Shown here: piece after piece, positions 38,511 through 48,500 of the stretch
How the letters are laid out: every line of letters begins with the position of its first letter
Position numbering within the stretch: position 1 is the first letter of the stretch
Assembly (NCBI GenBank): GCA_009784895.1
Contig: WQXJ01000002.1
Location: 16,903-80,902 of the forward strand
Origin: Micrococcales bacterium
GTDB lineage: Bacteria > Actinomycetota > Actinomycetes > Actinomycetales > WQXJ01
DNA length: 64,000 nucleotides
Direction: 5' to 3'
Program-made: the position numbers and the translations under genes
The notes under the pieces: generated by a model
What the model saw: the letters and a program-made list of their open reading frames with translations, nothing else
What the model was told of the DNA's origin: nothing
The model's database searches: none

Positions 38511-39522
38511 GCCAGCCGGGCCGGCGCTGTTGGGCGTCACGGATCTCGCCCACTAGTTCCTCGAGCACGTCTTCCATGAAAACCACGCCACCATCGATTT
38601 GAACCATGTGACAGCCGGCCAACTGCATCGACTCAAGCACCTCTTCGAGTTCATCCGAACCCTCCAAGTGCACCATTGACCGGACCAACCGCGCCTCGAT
38701 GGGCTGGTCACGTCCGGTCCGCACTGCCGCCACATCCATGATGTGGACATAGCCGACCAAATCAAGGCCCTCGGCCCGGCGCACGGGGAAGCGAGAAAAC
38801 CCAGTCTGCGCCACTAACGCCTCCACCTCAACAGGGGTCGAAGCCAAGCTCACCGCCACCAGATCGGCATCGGCCACCATCAGCTCACGCGCCTGCTGGG
38901 TGGAAAACTCCAGCGTCTCGCGCAGCAGTCCTTGGGAATCCTCCAGCGTGCCCTTGGCCGCCGAATGCTCGACAATCGCCGCCACCTCACCGGCGGTGTA
39001 GGTCGAACGAACCTCCGCCTTGGGCGTGACCTTGAATAGCCGCAAGGTGCCATCGGCCACCCAGCGCAGTGAGGCCGTGATCGGAGTCAACACCCAGGCC
39101 AGCACCACCAGCACCGGGCCAAGCAGCAGGGCCGCACCTGTTGGTGCCGCCAAAGCTAGGTTTTTCGGCACCATCTCGCCCAGCACGACATGCAGGAAAA
39201 CCACCAGAACCAACGCCATCACCGCGGCGACGGCATGGGCCGCCGCCACACCCAGGCCCCAGCTGCCAAACCAGCTGACCAAAGCGGTGGCAATAGTTGC
39301 CTCGGCCACCGCGCCCAGACCGGTCGAAGCCACTGTCACACCAAGCTGCAAACAGGCCAGCATCGACGGCATATGCCCCAAGGCGTAGATCACCATCCGG
39401 GCTGGCCGCGAGCCGGCCTCGGCCAGGGGCGCCATTTGGGAGCGACGCACCGACATCAAAGCGAACTCGGCCCCAACGAAGAAGGCGTTGGCTGCCAGCG
39501 CCAGCAGAGCCACCCAGATCAT
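38506..39522 (-). CDS. CNNM/CorC-family membrane protein (DUF21 + CBS pair)
   Basis: MIWVALLALAANAFFVGAEFALMSVRRSQ DUF21 start and a CBS pair. The ATG at 39522 overlaps the upstream stop (ATGA). Confidence 0.8.
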   Translation of the reverse strand: MIWVALLALAANAFFVGAEFALMSVRRSQMAPLAEAGSRPARMVIYALGHMPSMLACLQLGVTVASTGLGAVAEATIATALVSWFGSWGLGVAAAHAVAAVMALVLVVFLHVVLGEMVPKNLALAAPTGAALLLGPVLVVLAWVLTPITASLRWVADGTLRLFKVTPKAEVRSTYTAGEVAAIVEHSAAKGTLEDSQGLLRETLEFSTQQARELMVADADLVAVSLASTPVEVEALVAQTGFSRFPVRRAEGLDLVGYVHIMDVAAVRTGRDQPIEARLVRSMVHLEGSDELEEVLESMQLAGCHMVQIDGGVVFMEDVLEELVGEIRDAQQRRPGWR

Positions 39523-40829
39523 GGCGTCTCCCCTTCGGCAGGTGGCCAAACGCGCAGCCAGGCCACCCTTCGCCCGTCCATGGCTTCGACCCGGATAATG
39601 ACGCCACCAACAGTGACTTGGTCGCGCGGCGCCGGCACAGTCCCTAGGCGCGCCATCACCAGGCCGCCAATGGTCTGGTAGGCGGCGTCTTCCGGTAGTC
39701 CGATGCCGGCCATGGCCTCGAGCTCGTCAGGTCGGGTTTGTCCGGGCAAACGCCACGAGCCATCCGCCAGGCGGCGGAAGGGGCTGCGGGAGGGGTCATG
39801 TTCGTCCCGAACCTCGCCAACCAGCTCCTCAACCACGTCTTCTAGGGTGATGACGCCGGCGGTGCCGCCGTATTCGTCAAGCACCACCGCCATCTGGGCG
39901 CCAACCGCGCGCAAGCCAACTAGCACATCCCCCAAGGAGGCCGTCTCAGGGACCTGCTCGATTGGGCTCATTAGACCGGTCACAACCGCCCGGGAACGGC
40001 GCTCGGGTGGCACCGCCACCGCCTGGCGCAGAGCCACTACGCCAACAATGTTGTCCCTCGAACCGTCGATTACCGGCAGGCGGGAGTGGCCCGATTCGGT
40101 CGAAGTGTCGATGACCTGGGCGGCTGTGGCCTCCCGCGGCACAACCACTAACTGGGTCCGGTCGGTCATGGCGTCAACGGCCTGTAAGTCATCCAGCGCC
40201 AAGGTGCGCGATAGCCGGTCCGCTAGATCGGGCTCAAGGGTGCCGGCATCGGCCGAATGCCGCACCAAAAAGTCGAGTTCACGCCGCGAACGGGCGGCGT
40301 CAATTTGGTCAGCCGGGGTCACCCGCATCAGCCGTAATAGGGCCGTCGAGGTGCCGTGTAAGACGAAAATAACCGGCTTGAACACCACTGTGAAAGCCAC
40401 CAAGAACGGGGCCGATCGCCGCCCGGTGATATGCGGTTTTGCCAGAGCCAGGTTCTTGGGCACCAGTTCCCCGAACACCATCGACATGACGTTGACCAGC
40501 ACCAAAGCCAAAGCCGCAGCCAAAGCCGCGGCCGAGGCCCCCGAAGCCCAGCCTGAATCCCGCCACCAGTCGTGGAGCAATCTGGCCAGGGCCGGCTGGG
40601 TCAGGTAACCCAAACCGATTGTTGTCAACGTGATACCAACCTGGGCGGCGGACAGATAGAGCGAGGTCCGCCCCAAGGCCTTGCGAAAGGCCCGCTCCCC
40701 GCCGCCTGAAGCGCCGGCATCGAGCGTCGCCTCGTCGATTGCCACCAGGGCAAACTCTCCCGCCACAAACATGGCGGTACCGGCCGTCAGTATTAGGCCA
40801 GCGGCCACCGCCAGCCATTGGGAAACCAT
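39519..40829 (-). CDS. CNNM/CorC-family membrane protein (DUF21 + CBS pair + CorC_HlyC)
   Basis: MVSQWLAVAAGLILTAGTAMFVAGEFALVAID, a CBS pair and a C-terminal transporter-associated domain. The start at 40829 avoids overlap with the divergent regulator gene. Confidence 0.8.
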   Translation of the reverse strand: MVSQWLAVAAGLILTAGTAMFVAGEFALVAIDEATLDAGASGGGERAFRKALGRTSLYLSAAQVGITLTTIGLGYLTQPALARLLHDWWRDSGWASGASAAALAAALALVLVNVMSMVFGELVPKNLALAKPHITGRRSAPFLVAFTVVFKPVIFVLHGTSTALLRLMRVTPADQIDAARSRRELDFLVRHSADAGTLEPDLADRLSRTLALDDLQAVDAMTDRTQLVVVPREATAAQVIDTSTESGHSRLPVIDGSRDNIVGVVALRQAVAVPPERRSRAVVTGLMSPIEQVPETASLGDVLVGLRAVGAQMAVVLDEYGGTAGVITLEDVVEELVGEVRDEHDPSRSPFRRLADGSWRLPGQTRPDELEAMAGIGLPEDAAYQTIGGLVMARLGTVPAPRDQVTVGGVIIRVEAMDGRRVAWLRVWPPAEGETP

Positions 40830-40869
40830 GATGCAGCCAACCCTAGCCGGGCCGTGACAGACTATTGAT

Positions 40870-41568
40870 ATGACTGCACCGTTGATTCTGGTGGTGGAGG
40901 ACGAACCGACCATCGCCCAGGCGATTGGCCGGCGCCTGGCGGCAGAGGGCTATCAGATCGAAACGGTTGGCGACGGGCTCAAAGCGGTTGAGGTTGCCGC
41001 CAAAATCCAACCCGACGCCCTGATCCTCGATGTCATGTTGCCTGGGATTGACGGGCTTGAGGTTTGCCGGCGCGTCCAGGCAGTAAGGCCGCTACCGGTT
41101 TTGATGCTAACGGCGCGCGACGATGAGACAGACAAGCTGGTTGGCCTGGGCGTGGGGGCCGACGACTACATGACCAAACCGTTTTCAATGCGCGAGCTGG
41201 TGGCCCGGCTCAAAGCCCTGCTGCGGCGGGTCGACCGGGCCAAACAACTCGGCGCCGAACCGGCTCCCCCCTCTGAAATCAACCTTGGTGGTATCACCAT
41301 CAACCGGGCCCGCCGCCGGGTCTCGCAGCATGGCCGCGAGGTCCATATGACCCCAACTGAATTCGAACTGTTGTCCTTCCTGGCAGACCATCCAGATACC
41401 GTTCTAAGCCGCGAACAGCTGCTGGAGCATGTTTGGGATTGGGTCGACGCCTCGGCGACCCGCACGGTCGACAGCCACATCAAGGGCCTCAGACGCAAAC
41501 TCGGCGCGGAAATGTTCCGCACTGTGCACGGGGTGGGTTACGCCTTCGAACCGGACGCAGGCCGGTAA
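40870..41568 (+). CDS. OmpR/PhoB-family response regulator
   Basis: Receiver domain (LILDVMLPGIDG, MLTARD, KPF) plus a winged-helix output domain (TPTEFELLSFL...GVGYAF). Confidence 0.9.
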   Translation: MTAPLILVVEDEPTIAQAIGRRLAAEGYQIETVGDGLKAVEVAAKIQPDALILDVMLPGIDGLEVCRRVQAVRPLPVLMLTARDDETDKLVGLGVGADDYMTKPFSMRELVARLKALLRRVDRAKQLGAEPAPPSEINLGGITINRARRRVSQHGREVHMTPTEFELLSFLADHPDTVLSREQLLEHVWDWVDASATRTVDSHIKGLRRKLGAEMFRTVHGVGYAFEPDAGR

Positions 41569-42615
41569 ATGCCCTCAGGCCCAAGGGCTTCGCGCCCACT
41601 CGACGCCTTTGGCTCGATCAAGCTCAAAATCGCCGTTCTGGTGACAGCGGCGGTCGTGGCCACGGCCGGGATGACCTGGATGGGCCTGCGCAACGACATG
41701 GGCCCCTCGCGCACACTGCCACTGGCGATCGGGGCCGGCGTTGTCATCACCCAGATCCTGGCTCACGGTATGACCCGACCGCTGCGCGAGATGACCGAGG
41801 CCGTCCAGTCCATGGCCAAAGGCGAATATTCGGCCCGGGTCACGGCCACCTCGCGGGATGAGGTCGGTGAACTGGCCCGCGCTTTCAACACCATGGCCCA
41901 GGATCTGGCCCAGGCTGACCAGCTGCGGCGGGAGATGATCGCCAATGTCTCCCATGAGCTGCGCACGCCGGTGGCGGCCCTGCAAGCCGAATTGGAGAAC
42001 ATGGTCGACGGCGTCACCACGCCTGACCCGGAGACCTTGGAGTTGCTCCTAGCCCAAACCAGGCGCCTATCTGGCCTGGTGACCGACATCTTGGACTTGT
42101 CCCGGCTGGAGGCCGATGTCACCGAGCTGCGTCTGAGAGAGACCCCGGTGGCGGATTTCTTGGCCGATGCCGTCGCCTCAGGCAGGCTGGTAGCCAGCGG
42201 TTTGGGTAAGTCGGTTGGGTTTGTTATGGACGTCAAACCGAAAGACTTGAGCTTTTGGGTTGACCTTGACCGTTTACACCAGGTCACGGCCAATTTGTTG
42301 TCAAATGCGATTCGGCACTCGCCGGCCGGCGGGGTGATCACACTCAAGGGCACAACCTCTGGTCGCTGGATCCAGCTCGACGTCAAGGATCAAGGCCCCG
42401 GCATCCCGCTGGATGAACGACAACTGGTTTTCGAACGCTTTGCCCGCGGTCAGGGCGCCAGTGCCAGCCGGGCCACCGGCGGCACCGGCCTGGGCCTGGC
42501 CATCGCCCAATGGGCCGTGCGTTTGCACGGTGGCAGTATTGATGTGGTCGATTCGACCGGCGGCTGCCACATCCGGGTGCGCCTGCCCAAACTGACCCCG
42601 CCCCGCAGCAAATAG
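41569..42615 (+). CDS. Sensor histidine kinase (HAMP-HisKA-HATPase, minimal extracytoplasmic loop)
   Basis: H-box SHELRTP, N-box LLSNAIRHSP, DQGPGI and GGTGLGLAI. The two N-terminal TM helices are separated by only ~10 residues, an intramembrane-sensing architecture. Confidence 0.9.
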   Translation: MPSGPRASRPLDAFGSIKLKIAVLVTAAVVATAGMTWMGLRNDMGPSRTLPLAIGAGVVITQILAHGMTRPLREMTEAVQSMAKGEYSARVTATSRDEVGELARAFNTMAQDLAQADQLRREMIANVSHELRTPVAALQAELENMVDGVTTPDPETLELLLAQTRRLSGLVTDILDLSRLEADVTELRLRETPVADFLADAVASGRLVASGLGKSVGFVMDVKPKDLSFWVDLDRLHQVTANLLSNAIRHSPAGGVITLKGTTSGRWIQLDVKDQGPGIPLDERQLVFERFARGQGASASRATGGTGLGLAIAQWAVRLHGGSIDVVDSTGGCHIRVRLPKLTPPRSK

Positions 42616-42714
42616 CCCCCCCCAACTCACCGACTCCAGGGTTTGGCACCACGCTTTTTCCGCGAGTCCAGGGTTTGGCATCACCCTTTTCCGCGAGTTC
42701 GGGGTTTGGCATCA
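42616..42714. repeat. Core-repeat array R17 (histidine kinase / hypothetical convergent region)
   Basis: Three forward cores (CCGACTCCAGGGTTTGGCACCA, CGCGAGTCCAGGGTTTGGCATCA, CGCGAGTTCGGGGTTTGGCATCA). The last three nt (TCA, 42712-42714) are the stop codon of the minus-strand gene. Confidence 0.95.
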
Positions 42715-43404
42715 AGCCGCCAGTTCGAGCCTCAGCATCGGGCCGGCATCGTCCAAGTGCTCCCGCCTCGAATCCGCGGCATTTTCGATGATTTCCACGC
42801 TCATGGCGGTCTGGAAGTCATAGAGAGCTTCCTGAACGCCCGCCGCGGCGGCACGCCGCGCCTCCCCCATGGAGAAGTAGACCTTTGTCAGATCCATTAC
42901 CAAGTACGTCTGTCCGCTTTTGTCATCGACCTGCTTCCAGCCACCTACCCACACGTTCTCGTCGTCAAGTTCATGGCGGTGTTCGGTGGCGAAGTCGACC
43001 ACCAATTGAGTTACTTGATCGTGATTCAGGCCATCGATCCGAGCTTGCCGTTCATAGCCTGGCATTGACACGGCGAAACCCGCCGTCGCAGACCTGGAAT
43101 CAAGCGGCCGATGAGTAAACCCGCCCGTCTGGTCCAAATGCGCCAGAACCTGCGGCGTTGTTTCGGCTTGCCAGCCCTGCCCGCCCGCGGTCTCCAGCGC
43201 AAAACCGCAAAGGGCCTGCCGCTCTACATCCCACCTTTGGCTATCACGATCAGCCCGGGCGTTTAGCGCCGCCACACGCTGATCAAACTCGGGTTTCGAC
43301 GCCGGCTGGCTGACTGAAGCGTCAAGCGTCGCAATCAGCACCACGGTGGCCACCGTGGCCAGCCCAACGGCCAGTGGGGGCCAAAGTTTTGGTCCAGCGC
43401 TCAT
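42712..43404 (-). CDS. Hypothetical membrane-anchored/secreted protein
   Basis: The N-terminal hydrophobic helix KLWPPLAVGLATVATVVLIATL is followed by a ~190-aa domain I do not recognise. The start is uncertain (ATG 43404; track TTG 43428). Confidence 0.5.
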   Translation of the reverse strand: MSAGPKLWPPLAVGLATVATVVLIATLDASVSQPASKPEFDQRVAALNARADRDSQRWDVERQALCGFALETAGGQGWQAETTPQVLAHLDQTGGFTHRPLDSRSATAGFAVSMPGYERQARIDGLNHDQVTQLVVDFATEHRHELDDENVWVGGWKQVDDKSGQTYLVMDLTKVYFSMGEARRAAAAGVQEALYDFQTAMSVEIIENAADSRREHLDDAGPMLRLELAA

Positions 43405-43430
43405 CGGACAATCATCCCCGATTCCCAAAG

Positions 43431-43590
43431 CTCCCTCTTACCGAGTCCGGGGCTCGGCAGCGCCGACTCGTGCCAGACCCTTACCTCGCTGCGGGCGTGA
43501 GGTCATGCCAAAGCTCGGACTCGCGTGCGGGGCGTGCCAGACCCATACCTCGCTGCGGGCGTGAGGTCATGCCAAAGCTCGGACTCGCGG
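43431..43590. repeat. Core-repeat array R18 (hypothetical / IclR divergent region)
   Basis: One forward degenerate core (CCGAGTCCGGGGCTCGGCAGCG), then a 63-bp unit GTGCCAGACCC.TACCTCGCTGCGGGCGTGAGGTCATGCCAAAGCTCGGACTCGCG repeated twice. Confidence 0.9.
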
Positions 43591-43702
43591 TTGGGGTGGG
43601 TGGATTGGGGTTGGGGGTGGGGGATTGCCCGATGACGGACATCCGGTCACGTTTCGATAACACCGCTTGACGCGCCCCCGGGTGGCGGTACTAGCCTGTA
43701 AC

Positions 43703-43743
43703 ATTGCGCAATAGCCGAAAGGCTTCCCGAATAGTCGAAAGGC
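43703..43743. promoter_or_regulatory. Candidate operator cluster upstream of the IclR gene
   Basis: A perfect 10-bp palindrome ATTGCGCAAT (43703-43712) overlaps the first of two direct repeats, AATAGCCGAAAGGC (43710-43723) and AATAGTCGAAAGGC (43730-43743). It lies immediately upstream of the GTG at 43751. Confidence 0.35.
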
Positions 43744-43750
43744 GGCGAAG

Positions 43751-44527
43751 GTGCCGAACCAGCGCAAGAGGTCTTCTTCCTCGGTCGAACGGGCCTTTGA
43801 GTTCCTCGACCTAGTGGCCGCAGCCGGTACTGACGGCGTCAAACTATCCGACCTGGCCCGGGCCAGCGCCTTGCCGGTTTCGACTTGCCACCGCTACATC
43901 ACCACCTTGCTCGACCTCGGCGCCCTGTCGCGCGATCCTTCCGGCCGGTTGTTCCTAGGGGTGCGGCTGGTGACATTGGCGGGGGCCGCCTTGGAAGGCA
44001 ACTCGCTTAGATCCGTGGCCCGCGACTACCTTGAACAACTCTCTAAGGTCTCGGGCGAGACGGTCCACCTGGGCATGCACACTGACCAAGGCGTTGTCTA
44101 CATCGACAAGATCGACTCGGCCAAAGCCGTACGCCTGGTCAGCCGGGTTGGCTCGGTCGTACCGCACTATTGCACCGCCATGGGTAAGGCCATTTTGGCG
44201 GCTCTGCCCCCCGCCAAGCGCGAACCGTTCCTGGCCGCAGCCTCCATCAAGCGCACCCCCAAGACGCTGACTGGAGCCAAGCTGGCAACCGAACTTGAGG
44301 CCGTCGCCAGGCGACGCTGGGCTATTGACGAGCAGGAACTTGAAGACGGCGTGCGCTGCATTGGCGCCGCCATTACCACTAAGACTGGCGAGCTGCTGGG
44401 GGCCGTCTCGGTCTCCGGCCCGGCCGGGCGCTTTACCCGGCAGCTTTGCACCGAACTGGGCCCATCGGTTCTGGCTGCCGCCGACCAAATTGGCCAGCAA
44501 TCGACCTGGCATAACCCGATCCAATGA
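43751..44527 (+). CDS. IclR-family transcriptional regulator
   Basis: N-terminal wHTH (SVERAFEFLDLVAA...LSDLARASALPVSTCHRYITTL) and a C-terminal IclR effector domain. Confidence 0.85.
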   Translation: MPNQRKRSSSSVERAFEFLDLVAAAGTDGVKLSDLARASALPVSTCHRYITTLLDLGALSRDPSGRLFLGVRLVTLAGAALEGNSLRSVARDYLEQLSKVSGETVHLGMHTDQGVVYIDKIDSAKAVRLVSRVGSVVPHYCTAMGKAILAALPPAKREPFLAAASIKRTPKTLTGAKLATELEAVARRRWAIDEQELEDGVRCIGAAITTKTGELLGAVSVSGPAGRFTRQLCTELGPSVLAAADQIGQQSTWHNPIQ

Positions 44528-44554
44528 CACCAAGACACTAGGGAGTCTGCCATC

Positions 44555-45952
44555 ATGACCACCGCTTCAATTCAGGTCCAGAACCCGGCCACCGGCAAGG
44601 TGATTGGCCAGGTCCCCGAGTCCTCGGTGGCTGATGTGGCCACCGTGGTGGCCCAAGGCATGAAGGGCCAAGCGGCCATGGCTGCCACTCCTGCCCACCG
44701 CCGCCAAGCCATGTTGCTAAGACTGGCGGACCTGATGGAAGCTGACCTAGAAGGCCTGGCCCGGCTCGACGCTGAGGAGAACGGCAAGCCTATTCAGCAG
44801 ACCCGCGGCGAGGTCGAAGCAGCAATTCGCATCTTCCGCGGTTACGCCGGTGAGGCCACGCGCATCCTGGGGCGCCAATTCCCCATGGACGCCGTGCCCG
44901 GCATGGAAAACCACTTCGCCGTCACCATCCGCCAACCGCTGGGACTGGTGGCAGCCCTGATCCCATTCAACTACCCGGTTGAGCTCTACTCCCACAAAGC
45001 CGCCGCAGCCCTAGCCGCCGGTAACGCCGTCATCACTAAGCCGCCCACCCGCTGCCCACTGACCTTGTTCAAGATCCACGAGTACTACGCCCAGGCCGGC
45101 TTCCCCGAATACGCCCATCAGGTCATCATCGGCAACCGCACGGTTGTGGCGGCCATTGCCGACCATCCGGACATCGCTGCGGTCACCTTGACCGGGGGCA
45201 CCGCTGCCGGTCGCAACGTGGCTGAACGCTGTGCCCGCCGCTTCGCCAAGGCCTTCCTTGAGCTTGGCGGTAACGATCCGCTAATTGTCATGGACGATGC
45301 CGATCTGGACCGGGCCGTCGACGCGATCGTTTTTGGGCGGCTGGCTAGGGGCAACGGTCAAATCTGCTGTGCTGTCAAACGCATTTATGTCACCGCCGGG
45401 GCTTACGACGCTCTGGCCAACCGACTAGTAGCCAAGACCAGTCAACTGGTAGTCGGTGACCAGCTAGACGAGGCCACCGACGTAGGCCCCCTGATCGCCG
45501 AAGCCGACGCAACCGAGGTTGAAAGCGCCATCGGGCAACTGGTGGCTGAAGGCGCCAAACTGGTGGCCGGCGGGGCGCGCCAAGGCGCCTTTGTCACTCC
45601 GGCCGTGCTGGTGGACGTGCCACCGGCCTCGCCAACTATGGCTGAGGAAGTTTTTGGGCCGGTCGCCCCTCTGGTCAAGGTGGACAGCCTGGAACAGGCC
45701 ATCGACCTGGCCAACGACTCGCCCTACGGGCTGCAGGCGGCCATTTTCACCCAAGACATCAACCGGGCTCTCAAGGCCGCCACCCGGCTAAAGGCCGGCT
45801 CGGTCATGATCAACGGCACCACGGCGCTGCGGGCCGAGAACCTGCCCTTTGGCGGGCCCGGCGAGACCGGCGGCTACCGCGAAGGTCTGCATGACACGGT
45901 GCTCGACTTCACTCAGCAAAAGACCATTGTGGCCATTGGAGCCTTGGCGTGA
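44555..45952 (+). CDS. NAD(P)-dependent aldehyde dehydrogenase
   Basis: ELGGNDP, catalytic Cys context GQICCAVKR and PFGG; 465 aa. Confidence 0.85.
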   Translation: MTTASIQVQNPATGKVIGQVPESSVADVATVVAQGMKGQAAMAATPAHRRQAMLLRLADLMEADLEGLARLDAEENGKPIQQTRGEVEAAIRIFRGYAGEATRILGRQFPMDAVPGMENHFAVTIRQPLGLVAALIPFNYPVELYSHKAAAALAAGNAVITKPPTRCPLTLFKIHEYYAQAGFPEYAHQVIIGNRTVVAAIADHPDIAAVTLTGGTAAGRNVAERCARRFAKAFLELGGNDPLIVMDDADLDRAVDAIVFGRLARGNGQICCAVKRIYVTAGAYDALANRLVAKTSQLVVGDQLDEATDVGPLIAEADATEVESAIGQLVAEGAKLVAGGARQGAFVTPAVLVDVPPASPTMAEEVFGPVAPLVKVDSLEQAIDLANDSPYGLQAAIFTQDINRALKAATRLKAGSVMINGTTALRAENLPFGGPGETGGYREGLHDTVLDFTQQKTIVAIGALA

Positions 45953-47424
45953 GTTTGGCTTTGCGCAATGTGCGCAAGTCTTTCGGCAGCGCCGAGGTGC
46001 TGCACGGAGTCAGCCTGCAGGCCGAATACGGGCAGGTGGTGGCGATTGTTGGCGCCAATGGGGCGGGCAAATCGACCCTGATAAAGGTGCTGGCCGGTGC
46101 CCACCCGATGGACTCGGGCGAAATGGAGCTTGATGGCCAGCCAATAATGCTAAAGAGCCCACGAGACGCTATTGACCTTGGCATCCACACGGTCTACCAA
46201 GAGCTGTCGGTGGTGCCAGGCCTCTCCGTGACCGAGAACCTGCTGATGGGAGATTTGCCGAAGCGGCGCGGTCTAATCAGCTGGCGCCGGGCCCACAAGC
46301 GGGCGACGGAACTGCTGCGGCGGGCCAACTTCACCGGCGTCAAGGTCCGGGCCAAGACCGGCGATCTGTCGGTGGCCAAACAACAGATGGTCGAAATTGC
46401 CAAGGCCCTGGTGTCCCATCCGAAGATTCTGGTGCTGGACGAACCTTCAGCCGTACTGGCCGGGTCCGACTTGGATTCGCTGTTCTCCTTGATCAACCAG
46501 CTGCGCCAAGCTGGCACTTTGGTCATCTACATTTCCCACCGACTCCAGGAGGTCCTCAACCTGGCGGACAGAGTGGTTGTGATGAAGGACGGCAGTTTCA
46601 TCGCCGACACCCCATCGAGCCGAACCAACGAGGACGAAATCATTGCCCTGATGGCTGGGCGGAAGATTGACCAGGTTTATCCTGACCGCCGCACCAGATT
46701 TGGGCCACCGGTCCTGACGGTGGATTCGCTTAGCCGGGCCGGCAACTTCGAGGACATCAGCCTCCAGCTGCGCCAAGGCGAAGTCCTGTCGGTTTTTGGC
46801 CTGGTTGGTTCGGGCCGCAGTGAGCTGGTCGAGACCATCTTTGGGGCTCGGCGGCCAACTAGCGGCACAGTTCAGCTCGAAGGTGCTGTGCGCCGCTTCA
46901 AGAAGCCGGCCCAGGCCATGAAAGCTGGCCTGGCCCTGGTGACGGAAGACCGCAAACGCAGCGGACTGATTTTGGGACTGAGCGTGGCGGAAAACATTTG
47001 CCTGGCCACTATGCGGGGCCTGTTTTTGAATATGACCAAACGCCGGGCCGACGTACAAGAAATGACGCAGAGCCTGTCAATCCAACCAGCCAATTGCGCC
47101 AAACGGGAAGCAGGGCAATTATCAGGCGGCAACCAGCAGAAGGTTGTGCTGGCCAAGTGGCTGCTGACAAATCCAGACATTTTGGTCCTGGACGAACCAA
47201 CCCGGGGGGTGGATATGGCCACCCGGGTGCAGATTTACTCGATGATTGACGAACTGGCGCATAAAGGCTTGTCGGTGCTGATGGTCTCCTCCGATTTAAC
47301 CGAAGCGATTGGCGCAGCGGACCGGGTTTTGGTCATGCGTGAGGGGCGCCTGGTGGGCGAGCTCAAGGCCGCCAACACCACCGAAGACGAAGTCCTGGCC
47401 TATTCGATTGGAGTTGGCAAATGA
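45949..47424 (+). CDS. Sugar ABC transporter ATP-binding protein (duplicated ABC domains, RbsA/MglA-like)
   Basis: GANGAGKST and GLVGSGRSEL Walker A sites; the second signature is LSGGNQQKVVLAKWL. Confidence 0.9.
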   Translation: MSLALRNVRKSFGSAEVLHGVSLQAEYGQVVAIVGANGAGKSTLIKVLAGAHPMDSGEMELDGQPIMLKSPRDAIDLGIHTVYQELSVVPGLSVTENLLMGDLPKRRGLISWRRAHKRATELLRRANFTGVKVRAKTGDLSVAKQQMVEIAKALVSHPKILVLDEPSAVLAGSDLDSLFSLINQLRQAGTLVIYISHRLQEVLNLADRVVVMKDGSFIADTPSSRTNEDEIIALMAGRKIDQVYPDRRTRFGPPVLTVDSLSRAGNFEDISLQLRQGEVLSVFGLVGSGRSELVETIFGARRPTSGTVQLEGAVRRFKKPAQAMKAGLALVTEDRKRSGLILGLSVAENICLATMRGLFLNMTKRRADVQEMTQSLSIQPANCAKREAGQLSGGNQQKVVLAKWLLTNPDILVLDEPTRGVDMATRVQIYSMIDELAHKGLSVLMVSSDLTEAIGAADRVLVMREGRLVGELKAANTTEDEVLAYSIGVGK

Positions 47425-48419
47425 GTCGCCTGTCAATGCCTGAAATCGCCTTCAACCGCGGCCGGCTGCTGGTCAACGGGCGCAACGTGACCATGGTGGC
47501 CCTGCTATGTGTGGTCATGTTGGCGTTGGCCATAGCGGCGCATCCGTTGACCAATGGGGTCTTCTACAAGGCCAGCAATCTGACCAACATCATGAAGCAG
47601 TGGCCTTCCCAGGGCTACGGTCTGATCGCCATTGGCATGTTGTTTGTCATCCTGACCGGTGGCATCGACCTGTCGGTTGGCTCGGTCTTAAGCTTCTCTG
47701 GCACCGTGGCCGCCCTTTTGTCCCTGGACTTTGGGCTGCCGGTGTGGCTTTGCATGTCGGTCGGGATTGCCAGCGGCGTGGTCTTGGGTGCCATCAACGG
47801 GTTCCTGGTGGCCCGGTTTGATTTGGCGCCCTTCGTGGTGACACTGGCCACAATGACCACCATCCGTGGGCTTTGCCAGGTTTTGTCCGATGTCGCAGTT
47901 AGGCCAACCGATCCGGCTTTCCCAGGCGTGACCAAGTTCAATCTATTTGGCATCTTTCCCAGCGGCATGTTGGTTTTGGTCGCCTTCGTGGTGGTGGCCA
48001 CTGTTTTCTTGAACCGCACTCCGCTGGGTCGCAGCACCATTGCCATTGGCGGCAACCGCGAGACCGTCCGCCTGGCCGGCATTTCGGTCAACCGCGGCAT
48101 CATGACGGCCTATATGATCTCCGGCTTGTGTGCCGGCGTAGCCGGAGTCGTTTTCGCTTCCCGATCCGGCCAAATCCAACCCAGTGGCGCTGGTCTGGCT
48201 TTCGAGCTGGACGCCATTGCCGCCTGCGTCATTGGCGGGGCCAGCCTGATGGGCGGCAAAGGCAACATCCGAGGCATGATGGCGGGCATGGTGGTGTTGA
48301 TTCTGATGAACAACATCCTCTCGCTTCGCTCCGTCCAGTCCTTTTATCAGCAAGTCCTCAAAGGCTTGATCATCATTCTGGTGATCCTGATCCAGTCTCG
48401 CTCCCGCCAACGGGAGTGA
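47421..48419 (+). CDS. Sugar ABC transporter permease (RbsC/BPD_transp_2-like)
   Basis: 332-aa polytopic protein with 4-nt overlap onto the ATPase gene. Confidence 0.85.
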   Translation: MSRLSMPEIAFNRGRLLVNGRNVTMVALLCVVMLALAIAAHPLTNGVFYKASNLTNIMKQWPSQGYGLIAIGMLFVILTGGIDLSVGSVLSFSGTVAALLSLDFGLPVWLCMSVGIASGVVLGAINGFLVARFDLAPFVVTLATMTTIRGLCQVLSDVAVRPTDPAFPGVTKFNLFGIFPSGMLVLVAFVVVATVFLNRTPLGRSTIAIGGNRETVRLAGISVNRGIMTAYMISGLCAGVAGVVFASRSGQIQPSGAGLAFELDAIAACVIGGASLMGGKGNIRGMMAGMVVLILMNNILSLRSVQSFYQQVLKGLIIILVILIQSRSRQRE

Positions 48420-48500
48420 GAAACCACCGCGTGGTGACCACCAAAACACCGCTCACAAACACAAATGAAAACAAGCACTCAGAACCATAAGGAGAATGCG

